Below are positions 9,781-17,723 of a DNA stretch of 41,280 nucleotides, in pieces. The number at the start of each line of letters is the position of its first letter. Within the stretch, counting starts at the first letter, position 1. A program made the translations under genes and the position numbers. Source of the DNA: a virus (Duplodnaviria; Heunggongvirae; Uroviricota; Caudoviricetes); IMG/VR virus record IMGVR_UViG_2718218131_000003, positions 1 through 41,280 of that record, one strand, 5' to 3'. The notes beneath the pieces are model-generated. The model was not told where the DNA came from and did no database searches. It saw nothing but the letters and a program-made list of their open reading frames with translations.

Positions 9781-10096
9781 TTACCAGGCACTGCGTGAGG
9801 CAGCAGAAGCAATAAAAGTCGTGGCAACGCCGCAAAAATTGCTTGCGTTTCGTATGAAAGTCACACCGCAGGTTGTGCTGGTGCTGCTGGATGAACTAGA
9901 AGCTAAAAACAAACGCATTACAGAACTGGAAGCGAGGGAAGTTCAATTACCGACTCGCTACGACCTTCGATATGGGCACCCAATAAATGCTGATAAGCGA
10001 CATGTCATGATACCTAAAGAAAATGGCAGTTGGCTTTGCCTGATTGACTTAGAACACGCACTACGCGTCGCTGGCATTCGCATCAAAGGAGAGTGA
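9767..10096 (+). CDS. hypothetical protein
   Basis: GTG start at 9767 overlapping the upstream stop; ~109 aa; coiled-coil-like stretch KNKRITELEAREVQL. Confidence 0.45.
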   Translation: MSEINYQALREAAEAIKVVATPQKLLAFRMKVTPQVVLVLLDELEAKNKRITELEAREVQLPTRYDLRYGHPINADKRHVMIPKENGSWLCLIDLEHALRVAGIRIKGE

Positions 10097-10097
10097 T

Positions 10098-10613
10098 ATG
10101 GCGTTAACACACCGCGAACTCTGTCAGATTGCGTACAAGTTCCTTAAGCGCAACGGGTTCAAGGTTTGCTTTCATGACCGCTTTATAGCTGTAACCAGTA
10201 CCGGAGAACAGCCAGATGCTATGGGATTCAGAAATTCAGCATCATGCCTGATAGAGGTGAAGTGTTCTCGTGCTGATTTGTTGGCAGATAGAAAAAAGCG
10301 TTTCCGTAAAAATCCCTCTCTTGGCATGGGCGACTGGCGATTCTTTATTAGTGAGCCGGGAATTATTTCAGTTGAGGATTTACCTCCTGGCTGGGGATTA
10401 CTTCACGTTGTTAACGGAAGAGTACGGAAAGTACATGGATGGCCCAGGGGTAATTGCTGTTGGGGTAATCCTGACGATAAGCCATTTACCGGGAATAAGC
10501 AGGTTGAATGCGATTACATGTTATCTGCATTAAGGCGCATGGAGTTGAGAGGGCACCTTAATGAAATATATGACGGTGTGATTGTTAATAAGAAAGAAGG
10601 AAACGCGGCATGA
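10098..10613 (+). CDS. putative PD-(D/E)xK-fold nuclease-like protein
   Basis: 171-aa ORF with GEQPDAMGF ... CLIEVKCSRADL, i.e. a PD ... ExK arrangement at the spacing seen in restriction-endonuclease-like folds; inference only. Confidence 0.45.
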   Translation: MALTHRELCQIAYKFLKRNGFKVCFHDRFIAVTSTGEQPDAMGFRNSASCLIEVKCSRADLLADRKKRFRKNPSLGMGDWRFFISEPGIISVEDLPPGWGLLHVVNGRVRKVHGWPRGNCCWGNPDDKPFTGNKQVECDYMLSALRRMELRGHLNEIYDGVIVNKKEGNAA

Positions 10614-11347
10614 TCACTATTACCAAAGATCGACTGCTGACAATCAAGCAGTGGCGCGAAATATACGGACCTGGTAGCAACGTTGTACTGCCAGCAGAAG
10701 AAGCGGAAGAACTGGCACGAATTGCTCTGGCATCGCTGGAAGCAAAACCAATAGGTGCTTTCCACATTGCAGAACAGCGAGTTGACGGCACAAGTGACTA
10801 CCTCAAGGATGGAGAATGGCCTATTGATAATGGAATTATTGAGGTCTACGCCGCCTCACCGATGACGGTAGTGCTGAACGATGTATCTGGACCTCTTGCT
10901 CTTGCTTACAAAGAGCTTACACCTGCGATTATGCGCAACCATATCGCTGTATTCGAACGATACGGAATAACCCCAAACGATAGCATCACTACAATTCATG
11001 CGCTTCGAATTGCGCTGGATGGCATAGAGCGGAGCGACGCCATGCTTCATGCCGGAAACTTTAGGGAAAACGCGAATTCGTCAACCAATAATTTTCGGGA
11101 AATTACGGAAACGTCAACCAACTCTCTGGTAACTCCGGATGGTTGGATAAGCTGTAGTGAGCGAATGCCGGATGATGGTCAGCACGTAATTATTTTATGT
11201 GATGGCGCATTCGTTCTTTATGCGCAATATCGAGACGGTGAGTTTTTTGATGTAGTCCGTGATGGTGATGAATTTTTCGAAACACAGAGCCGCAATGTAA
11301 CCGACTGGATGCCGCTACCAGAACCGCCGCAGGAGGTGCGCCAATGA
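10610..11347 (+). CDS. hypothetical protein with C-terminal DUF551-like domain
   Basis: 245-aa ORF; C-terminal segment DGWISCSERMPDDGQHVIILCDG...WMPLPEPP resembles the DUF551 phage domain. Confidence 0.5.
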   Translation: MITITKDRLLTIKQWREIYGPGSNVVLPAEEAEELARIALASLEAKPIGAFHIAEQRVDGTSDYLKDGEWPIDNGIIEVYAASPMTVVLNDVSGPLALAYKELTPAIMRNHIAVFERYGITPNDSITTIHALRIALDGIERSDAMLHAGNFRENANSSTNNFREITETSTNSLVTPDGWISCSERMPDDGQHVIILCDGAFVLYAQYRDGEFFDVVRDGDEFFETQSRNVTDWMPLPEPPQEVRQ

Positions 11348-11427
11348 ACTGGCCTGAAGCATTTGCAATTACAGGCGTTGCTATGGCTATCGCTTTTTTA
11401 GTATATGTTATTTGTCGGTGGGGGTAA
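11344..11427 (+). CDS. small hydrophobic peptide (27 aa)
   Basis: ATG at 11344 overlaps the upstream stop (ATGA); product MNWPEAFAITGVAMAIAFLVYVICRWG has a single predicted TM helix; not in the ORF track (under 60 aa). Confidence 0.35.
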   Translation: MNWPEAFAITGVAMAIAFLVYVICRWG

Positions 11428-11462
11428 AAACGTTCGCCGGGATTAACACCAAAGGAGGGAAT

Positions 11463-11567
11463 ATGTCGGATGATATATCACTGGCAATGGAAGGTGCGCT
11501 GGCTGTTGTTGCTGTTGTGGGCGTTTACTGCCTGGTTGTGTTTTTGATGGATCGACTAGGGAACTGA
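11463..11567 (+). CDS. small hydrophobic peptide (34 aa)
   Basis: ATG at 11463 preceded by AAGGAGGG (11452..11459); product MSDDISLAMEGALAVVAVVGVYCLVVFLMDRLGN has one predicted TM helix. Confidence 0.4.
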   Translation: MSDDISLAMEGALAVVAVVGVYCLVVFLMDRLGN

Positions 11568-11813
11568 ATTCATTACGATATGGGAATTCCCATATCGGGT
11601 AAAAACGGTTTGCGGGAAAAGGAGAGTTAAGTAGAATTGCTGCGGGTGCTTGAGGCTATCTGTCTCAGGCATGAACACCAAAAGGCAGATAGAGAAAAGC
11701 CCCAGTTAACATTACGCGTCCTGCAAGACGCTTAACATTAATCTGAGGCCCAATCTATGTCTCACAAATGTAGGTTAGCCTCTTACGTGCCGAAAGGCAA
11801 GGAGAAGCAGGCT

Positions 11814-11969
11814 ATGAAGCAGCAAAAGGCGATGTTAATCGCCCTGATCGTCATCTGTTTAACCGTCATAGTGACGGCACTGGTAACGAGGAAAGACCTC
11901 TGCGAGGTACGAATCCGAACCGGCCAGACGGAGGTTGCTGTCTTCACAGCTTACGAACCTGAGGAGTAA
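11814..11969 (+). CDS. hokD: Hok/Gef-family type I toxin (HokD/RelF-like)
   Basis: 51-aa product MKQQKAMLIALIVICLTVIVTALVTRKDLCEVRIRTGQTEVAVFTAYEPEE matches HokD (RelF) as recalled; AAGGAGAAG RBS upstream; the in-frame upstream extension from 11757 may be a mok-like leader. Confidence 0.85.
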   Translation: MKQQKAMLIALIVICLTVIVTALVTRKDLCEVRIRTGQTEVAVFTAYEPEE

Positions 11970-12038
11970 GAGACCTGGCGGGGGAGAAATCCCTCGCCAC
12001 CTCTGATGTGTCAGGCATCCTCAACGCACCCGCACTTA

Positions 12039-12070
12039 ACCCGCTTCGGCGGGTTTTTGTTTTTATTTTC
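12039..12070 (+). terminator. intrinsic terminator downstream of hok
   Basis: Hairpin CCCGC-TTCG-GCGGG (12040..12053) followed by TTTTTGTTTTTATTTT. Confidence 0.65.
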
Positions 12071-12186
12071 AACGCGTTTGAAGTTTTAGATGGTGCCGGA
12101 ATAGAATCAAAAATACTTAAGTAGCGCGCAGGGAGAAGAGGGATGGACCCCGAACAGGGGAGTGCTATTTATCTGGAAGGATTCTG

Positions 12187-12450
12187 TTGATGAAAATCGA
12201 AGAATTACGTGAAATTTTTAGTGAAGATGGCCTCTATACTGTGCGCGTTGAGAATGGTGCTATTGTCAGCCACTGCCGTATTAAATGTTTACAGTCTCAA
12301 CAAAGGAAGAGTGGAGCTGCGTTAATTCATTTTGTGGATGGGCTTGTGACGGATGGTTTTATTTTGCGTGCAAATGAATTTGTCACATCGTTGCCGTCTC
12401 TGAAAGAAGCTGGGATTAAGGCTGGTTTTTCTGCTTTTGAAGATGAGTGA
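12187..12450 (+). CDS. hypothetical protein
   Basis: 87-aa ORF between hok and the DUF968 gene; no recognisable domain. Confidence 0.45.
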   Translation: MMKIEELREIFSEDGLYTVRVENGAIVSHCRIKCLQSQQRKSGAALIHFVDGLVTDGFILRANEFVTSLPSLKEAGIKAGFSAFEDE

Positions 12451-12516
12451 ATTCATCTACAATTCAGCGCAGGGCTGAACCCCTGTTGAGTAACGCTGTG
12501 CCACCGGAGAAAGCCG

Positions 12517-12795
12517 ATGGCGCAAAATTCCAGACTACACAATTCTGATAATTCAGCCGTCTTTGCCAGCGGGCACGGGCGGCGTTCTCACGCATTCAAA
12601 TATGACTGGTATCAGCACGATCCCTGCACTGAAGAACAGGCCGAATGGCTGATTCATAACTACCGCAGACGTGGATATGAGTTTAAGAAAGCCCTTAGCC
12701 TCGACTACCGTCACTGGATAATCTACGTCAGGCTCCCTTATTCCGAACGCCCGCCGCGTCCATCCCGCACATACCAGCAACGGATCTGGAGGTAA
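12517..12795 (+). CDS. hypothetical protein
   Basis: 92-aa ORF; basic C-terminus; stop directly precedes the DUF968 gene start. Confidence 0.45.
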   Translation: MAQNSRLHNSDNSAVFASGHGRRSHAFKYDWYQHDPCTEEQAEWLIHNYRRRGYEFKKALSLDYRHWIIYVRLPYSERPPRPSRTYQQRIWR

Positions 12796-12796
12796 C

Positions 12797-13855
12797 GTGC
12801 GGGTATTACTTCGACCTGTTCCGGTGCCGGAACTCGGGCTGGTGGTCCTTAAGCCGGGCCGTGAATCCATGCAGGTATTTCATAATCCCCGGGTACTGGT
12901 GGAGCCGGAACCGAAAAGCATGCGTAATCTGCCGTCCGGGGTCGTTCCTGCCGTTCGCCAGCCGCTGGCGGAGGATAAATCATTACTGCCATTTTTCAGC
13001 GACGAACGAGTGATTCGTGCTGCTGGTGGCGCTGGCGCACTGTCTGACTGGCTCCTGCGTCATGTCAAATCCTGCCAGTGGCCTCATGGTGACTACCATC
13101 ACAGTGAAACCGTCATACATCGTTATGGTACCGGCGCAATGGTGTTGTGCTGGCACTGCGACAACCAGCTGCGCGACCAGACCTCCGAATCACTCGGGCA
13201 ACTTGCTCACCAAAACCTGTCTGCATGGATGATTGACGTCATACGCCATGCAATGAATGGCTCGCAGGAACGGGAATTATCGCTGGCTGAATTATCCTGG
13301 TGGGCGGTCCGCAATCAGGTGGCGGACGCGCTACCGGAAGCGGTATTACGTCGTTCGCTGGGGTTGCGTGCGGAAAAAATCCGCTCAATGTACCGTGAAA
13401 GCGACATCGTACCGGGAGAGCAGACCGCCACCAGCATACTGAAGCAGCGCACAAAAAATATTGCTCCGTTGCCTCACGCCCACCAGCAACAGAATCCACC
13501 ACAGGAAAAGACGGTGGTCAGCATTGCCGTTGATCCGGAGTCACCGGCTCAGTATCTCCAGCGCCAGAAACCACAACGGGAAGATATGCCTGTATACACG
13601 CGTTGGGTAAAAACGCAGAAATGCATGACGTGTGGCAATCAGGCAGATGATCCGCATCACATCATTGGTCATGGACTGGGAGGGATGGGAACAAAGGCTG
13701 ATGATTTGTTTGTTATTCCGCTGTGCCGTAAATGCCATAGCGAACTACACGCCGGGGTAAAAGATTTTGAAGAAAAACACGGCAGCCAGCTGTTGTTGCT
13801 GATTCGTTTTTTAATGCACGCGAGAAATTCGGGTGTCCTGAAGTGGAAAGCATGA
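12797..13855 (+). CDS. DUF968-family protein (YdfU-like) with C-terminal HNH-like Cys/His motif
   Basis: GTG start at 12797 with GGAGG RBS (12787..12791); 352 aa; C-terminal CMTCGNQADDPHHIIGHG...CRKCHSELH motif; lies immediately upstream of rusA as ydfU-type genes do. Confidence 0.6.
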   Translation: MRVLLRPVPVPELGLVVLKPGRESMQVFHNPRVLVEPEPKSMRNLPSGVVPAVRQPLAEDKSLLPFFSDERVIRAAGGAGALSDWLLRHVKSCQWPHGDYHHSETVIHRYGTGAMVLCWHCDNQLRDQTSESLGQLAHQNLSAWMIDVIRHAMNGSQERELSLAELSWWAVRNQVADALPEAVLRRSLGLRAEKIRSMYRESDIVPGEQTATSILKQRTKNIAPLPHAHQQQNPPQEKTVVSIAVDPESPAQYLQRQKPQREDMPVYTRWVKTQKCMTCGNQADDPHHIIGHGLGGMGTKADDLFVIPLCRKCHSELHAGVKDFEEKHGSQLLLLIRFLMHARNSGVLKWKA

Positions 13856-14221
13856 ATGACTGAACGCATAGAATTTGTTTTGCCTTACCCGCCAACGGTG
13901 AACACTTACTGGCGACGTCGTGGCAGCACATATTTTGTATCAAAAGCCGGTGAGCGTTATCGCCGTGATGTGGCGCTTATTGTTCGCCAGCAGCGGCTGA
14001 AATTAAACCTGTCCGGAAGGCTGGCGATAAAGATTATTGCAGAGCCACCGGATAAGCGTCGTCGTGACCTGGACAATATCCTGAAAGCACCACTGGATGC
14101 GCTGACGCATGCCGGACTTCTCATAGACGACGAGCAGTTTGATGAAATCAATATTGTGCGCGGTCAGCTCGTTCCTGGGGGGCGGCTGGGCGTGAAGATT
14201 TACAAAATTGAGAGTGAGTGA
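13856..14221 (+). CDS. rusA: Holliday junction resolvase RusA
   Basis: 121-aa product with RusA blocks (LPYPPTVNTYWRRRG...PDKRRRDLDNILKAPLDALTHAGLLIDDEQ) aligning to RusA as recalled. Confidence 0.85.
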   Translation: MTERIEFVLPYPPTVNTYWRRRGSTYFVSKAGERYRRDVALIVRQQRLKLNLSGRLAIKIIAEPPDKRRRDLDNILKAPLDALTHAGLLIDDEQFDEINIVRGQLVPGGRLGVKIYKIESE

Positions 14222-14772
14222 TCGTAAATATGATATATCCGGAAATTACAGGCAAAAGCGGCGAGCATTTACGTCTAAAAACGCTGGAAGCCGTCTGGAT
14301 CCAGGGGAAATTACGGATGTGGGGGCGTTGGTCGTATATAGGTGGTGGCAAACCAGGAAATATGTTCAATCAGTTGCTGACATCCAAAAAACTGACAAAA
14401 ACCGCGATCAATGAAGCCCTGCGTAGAATCAGGGAGTCAGGGATTGATAAACCAGAGCTGGAAGCATTCTTGCGAGAGATGATCGCTGGCAGACAGAAGA
14501 GCTGGTTGTCTCACTGTACTGATGCAGAGGCGTTACGCATTGATGGGGTGATAAGTAAAGCGCTTGCACGTTATCCTGGATTGATTGATATCCTGCGGCA
14601 AAGGTACGAAGGGCGGGGGATGAGTAAACGCAAAATGGCTGAATTGTTGAATGAGGTTCACCCTGAGTGGTGCTATGCAACATGCCGCAATCGTATAGAT
14701 ATGTGGCTGAGAATAGCTGAGTTTATTCTGTATCCACTGATGCGAGATGCATTTTCTTTTACTGACGCTTAG
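14218..14772 (+). CDS. late-gene antiterminator (Q-like), assigned mainly by position
   Basis: 184-aa ORF overlapping the rusA stop; followed by an intrinsic terminator and then the late region, the classic Q / late promoter / tR-prime arrangement; sequence-level assignment not verified. Confidence 0.5.
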   Translation: MIVNMIYPEITGKSGEHLRLKTLEAVWIQGKLRMWGRWSYIGGGKPGNMFNQLLTSKKLTKTAINEALRRIRESGIDKPELEAFLREMIAGRQKSWLSHCTDAEALRIDGVISKALARYPGLIDILRQRYEGRGMSKRKMAELLNEVHPEWCYATCRNRIDMWLRIAEFILYPLMRDAFSFTDA

Positions 14773-14939
14773 AATCTGGAGGGCGTTTGTTGTTGCACGA
14801 AGAGGATTTTTGGCTGGTAGTAAGGTTTGTGCAGTTTTAGAAAAAAAGCTTGTATTTTTAGCCATAAACTGTTTCAATCCAGCTACGCTTCGCAAAGCTG
14901 TACCGCGAGGCGAATAGCAGACATGGACACCTGAAAGAA

Positions 14940-14961
14940 CCCGCTTTATGCGGGTTTTTTT
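14940..14961 (+). terminator. intrinsic terminator (tR-prime-like) downstream of the Q-like gene
   Basis: Hairpin CCCGC-TTTAT-GCGGG followed by TTTTTTT (14955..14961). Confidence 0.65.
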
Positions 14962-15102
14962 ATGCCTGAAAAACGGCACAGAACATTAAACGCGCTGGTT
15001 GTTGTGAATACTGGTCTTTCAGCTTGCTGGCTTTTTCGACAAGAGGTATTGGTATGTCACGTTAACCGGAAAAGGGAAAAAGGCATACTAAAACAGCAGG
15101 AT

Positions 15103-15282
15103 ATGACCGAAACCGCCAGAGTGGTGTTTAATGAATTAAGCGTCACCGAACCGGCGACCGTCGGGGAAATTGCGCAGAATACTGACCTTTCACGCGAACG
15201 CTGCCAGTTAATACTGACTCAGCTTGTTATGGCGGGTCTGGCAGATTATCAGTTCGGTTGTTACAGACGCCTTCCGCAGTGA
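15103..15282 (+). CDS. possible small HTH protein (weak)
   Basis: 59-aa product from the internal ATG at 15103 (MTETARVVFNELSVTEPATVGEIAQNTDLSRERCQLILTQLVMAGL...); RBS spacing is poor; the ORF-track start at 14962 lies inside the terminator T-tract. Confidence 0.25.
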   Translation: MTETARVVFNELSVTEPATVGEIAQNTDLSRERCQLILTQLVMAGLADYQFGCYRRLPQ

Positions 15283-15432
15283 AGGCTTTTTAATTTGTGG
15301 TAATGGGCGGCTGGTGGGTGTTAGCGGCACCTGCCAGCCATCTGCTCATGCGTTGGGGTCACAAGCAAACCTCAGGCCCATCTGCTTTGCGCAAAAGCGG
15401 TATGAGCCTATCAGAGAAGTGCTTATTGATCT

Positions 15433-16481
15433 ATGGCTAATACTGTAAAAATATCCAGTTGTGAGTTAATCAACGCTGATTGCCTGGAATTTATCCAGAC
15501 CTTACCGGAAAATTCTGTCGATCTGATAGTCACAGACCCGCCATACTTTAAAGTGAAGCCCGAGGGCTGGGATAACCAGTGGAAGGGCGACGATGATTAC
15601 CTGAAATGGCTGGATCAGTGTCTGGCGCAATTCTGGCGGGTACTGAAACCTGCCGGAAGTCTCTACCTGTTCTGTGGTCATCGCCTGGCATCTGACACCG
15701 AAATCATGATGCGTGAGCGCTTTAATGTGCTGAACCACATTATCTGGGCGAAGCCGTCCGGACGCTGGAACGGGTGCAATAAGGAAAGTCTGCGGGCGTA
15801 TTTTCCGGCAACAGAGCGCATTCTGTTTGCAGAACATTATCAGGGACCGTATCGCCCGAAAGATGATGGCTATGTGGAGCAGGGGCGCGAGCTAAAACAG
15901 CACGTCATGGCCCCGCTGATTTCTTACTTTCGTGATGCGCGTAAATCACTGGGAATAACGTCAAAACAGATAGCGGAAGCCACCGGAAAGAAAAACATGG
16001 CTTCGCACTGGTTTGGTATCAGTCAGTGGCAGTTACCGAACGAGGGTGATTACAACAAATTGCAGGCGTTGTTTGCGCGTGTTGCGGCAGAAAAACATCA
16101 GCGCGGGGAACTGGAAAAGCCACACCACCAGCTGGTCAGCACATACAGTGAGCTGAACCGGCAGTATACGGAACTGCTGAGTGAATATAAAAATTTGCGG
16201 CGGTATTTCGGTGTGACGGCGCAGGTTCCGTACACCGATGTCTGGACGCATAAACCGGTGCAGTACTATCCAGGGAAACATCCGTGCGAAAAACCGGCAG
16301 AAATGCTGCAGCAGATAATCAACGCGAGCAGTCGTCCGGGAGACCTGGTTGCAGATTTTTTATGGGTTCAGGTTCAACGGTAAAAGCGGCGATGGCACTG
16401 GGGCGTTGTGCGATTGGTGTTGAGCTGGAGACCGGACGCTTTGAACAGACAGTCAGGGAAGTTCAGGATTTAATCGTTTGA
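15433..16481 (+). pseudogene. DNA N6-adenine methyltransferase (DPPY motif), split by a frameshift at a T6 tract
   Basis: ORF 15433..16383 carries DPPY (motif IV) and ends ...DLVADFLWVQVQR; ORF 16284..16481 in another frame carries FFMGSGSTVKAAMALG (motif I, FxGxG). Frames meet at TTTTTT 16356..16361; one additional T would give a continuous ~349-aa enzyme. Confidence 0.75.
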
Positions 16482-16530
16482 AACGGATGAGATTGCAGAA
16501 TTAATTACGCACCATTATTATTCTGCTCCC

Positions 16531-16606
16531 GGCCCTTTAGCTCAGTGGTGAGAGCGAGCGACTCATAATCGCCAGGTCGCTGGTTCAAATCCAGCAAGGG
16601 CCACCA
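16531..16606 (+). tRNA. tRNA with CAU anticodon, ileX-like (tRNA-Ile2, lysidine type) or Met
   Basis: 76 nt, acceptor stem GGCCCTT/AAGGGCC, anticodon loop CTCATAA, GTTCAAATC T-loop, 3' CCA; closely resembles E. coli ileX as recalled. Confidence 0.8.
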
Positions 16607-16607
16607 A

Positions 16608-16684
16608 CCGCCACTAGCTCATCAGGAAAGAGCGTCAACCCTTTAAGTTGAGTGTGCGAGGTTCGAGTCCCCGGTGGCGGTCCA
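16608..16684 (+). tRNA. tRNA, atypical; anticodon loop CCTTTAA (UUU/Lys if canonical), isotype uncertain
   Basis: 77 nt; acceptor CCGCCAC/GTGGCGG, D-stem GCTC/GAGC, anticodon stem TCAAC/GTTGA, T-loop TTCGAGT, 3' CCA; position 33 is C rather than the near-universal U and C1-G72 starts the acceptor stem. Confidence 0.5.
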
Positions 16685-16686
16685 GT

Positions 16687-16762
<76 letters not shown>

Positions 16763-16765
16763 TAT

Positions 16766-16840
<75 letters not shown>

Positions 16841-17048
16841 GTTAGAGTCTTTCGGTCTGCGATGATGGGAAATCCCGGAGTGACTGAAAGACGTTTAGGT
16901 TATGAATGATCGCCTTTTTTTTGCAAAATTGCTGTGCAGAAATACCAACCTTCGGGCAGGCGATCATTCATAAGCACTCTGCTTTTATTCCGATTAACTG
17001 TGGGTGGTTTGTTGGATAGAGTGCTTTCCTGACTGTAGATCCAATTTC

Positions 17049-17073
17049 GCCCGCTTTTGCGGGCTTTTCTTTT
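17049..17073 (+). terminator. intrinsic terminator downstream of the tRNA array
   Basis: Hairpin GCCCGC-TTTT-GCGGGC followed by TTTTCTTTT. Confidence 0.6.
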
Positions 17074-17133
17074 CAAATCCCTTTCATCTCTCAGTGTAAA
17101 ACTACGCCATCCGTTATTTGCGGAGGTGAGGCT

Positions 17134-17349
17134 ATGAAATCCATGGACAAAATTTCAACGGGCATTGCCTACGGCACCTCCGCAGGCAGTGCTGGCTACT
17201 GGTTTTTACAGTGGCTTGATCAAGTCAGTCCGTCACAGTGGGCTGCGATTGGTGTACTGGGGAGTCTGATTCTGGGCTTCCTGACTTATCTGACAAATCT
17301 GTACTTCAAAATCAGAGAAGACAAGCGTAAGGCTGCACGGGGAGAGTAA
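17134..17349 (+). CDS. S: class II holin (phage 21 S-type pinholin) with dual-start motif
   Basis: 71-aa product [71 protein letters not shown]; Met1-Lys-Ser-Met4 dual start and two TM segments as in S21. Confidence 0.85.
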   Translation: MKSMDKISTGIAYGTSAGSAGYWFLQWLDQVSPSQWAAIGVLGSLILGFLTYLTNLYFKIREDKRKAARGE

Positions 17350-17353
17350 TTCA

Positions 17354-17668
17354 ATGACTCAAAACTATGAAGTGATTGTGAAAGGGATCCGCAATTTTGA
17401 GAATAAAGTTACGGTAACTTTAGCGTTACGGGACAAAAAACGCTTTGACGGTGAAATTTTTGACCTGGACATCTCGCTGGACCGTGTTGAAGGTGCCGCG
17501 CTGGAGTTTTATGAGGCAGCAGCCAGAAGGAGCATCAGACAGGTCTTCCTGGATGTTGCTGCCGGGTTATGTGAAGAGGACGAGCTGTTGCCAGAAACGC
17601 GCCCCTGTTCAGAGGCGCGGTATACTATAAAAATTAACAGTTCTGATAACTCGATTACAGGTTGTTAG
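17354..17668 (+). CDS. hypothetical protein inserted between holin and endolysin
   Basis: 104-aa ORF starting 5 nt after the holin stop; soluble, acidic, no TM segment; no family recognised. Confidence 0.5.
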   Translation: MTQNYEVIVKGIRNFENKVTVTLALRDKKRFDGEIFDLDISLDRVEGAALEFYEAAARRSIRQVFLDVAAGLCEEDELLPETRPCSEARYTIKINSSDNSITGC

Positions 17669-17723
17669 CTTTTTGCAGTTGGCTTTCCAGTATCTTTCAT
17701 TGGTAGCATCCTGATAAATATCC

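Noticed and set aside
11470-11760. relBE-type toxin-antitoxin genes upstream of hok (as in Qin)
   Set aside because: No ORFs of suitable size or sequence; the region holds only the 34-aa peptide gene and the hok leader.
14962-15282. 106-aa ORF starting at 14962
   Set aside because: The annotated ATG lies immediately after the terminator T-tract with no RBS; only the C-terminal 59 aa from the ATG at 15103 might be real, and weakly so.
14780-16520. Shiga toxin genes between the Q-like gene and the lysis cassette
   Set aside because: Looked for because of the Q / tRNA / holin arrangement typical of Stx phages; the interval holds only a methyltransferase pseudogene and tRNA genes, with no AB5 toxin-like ORFs.
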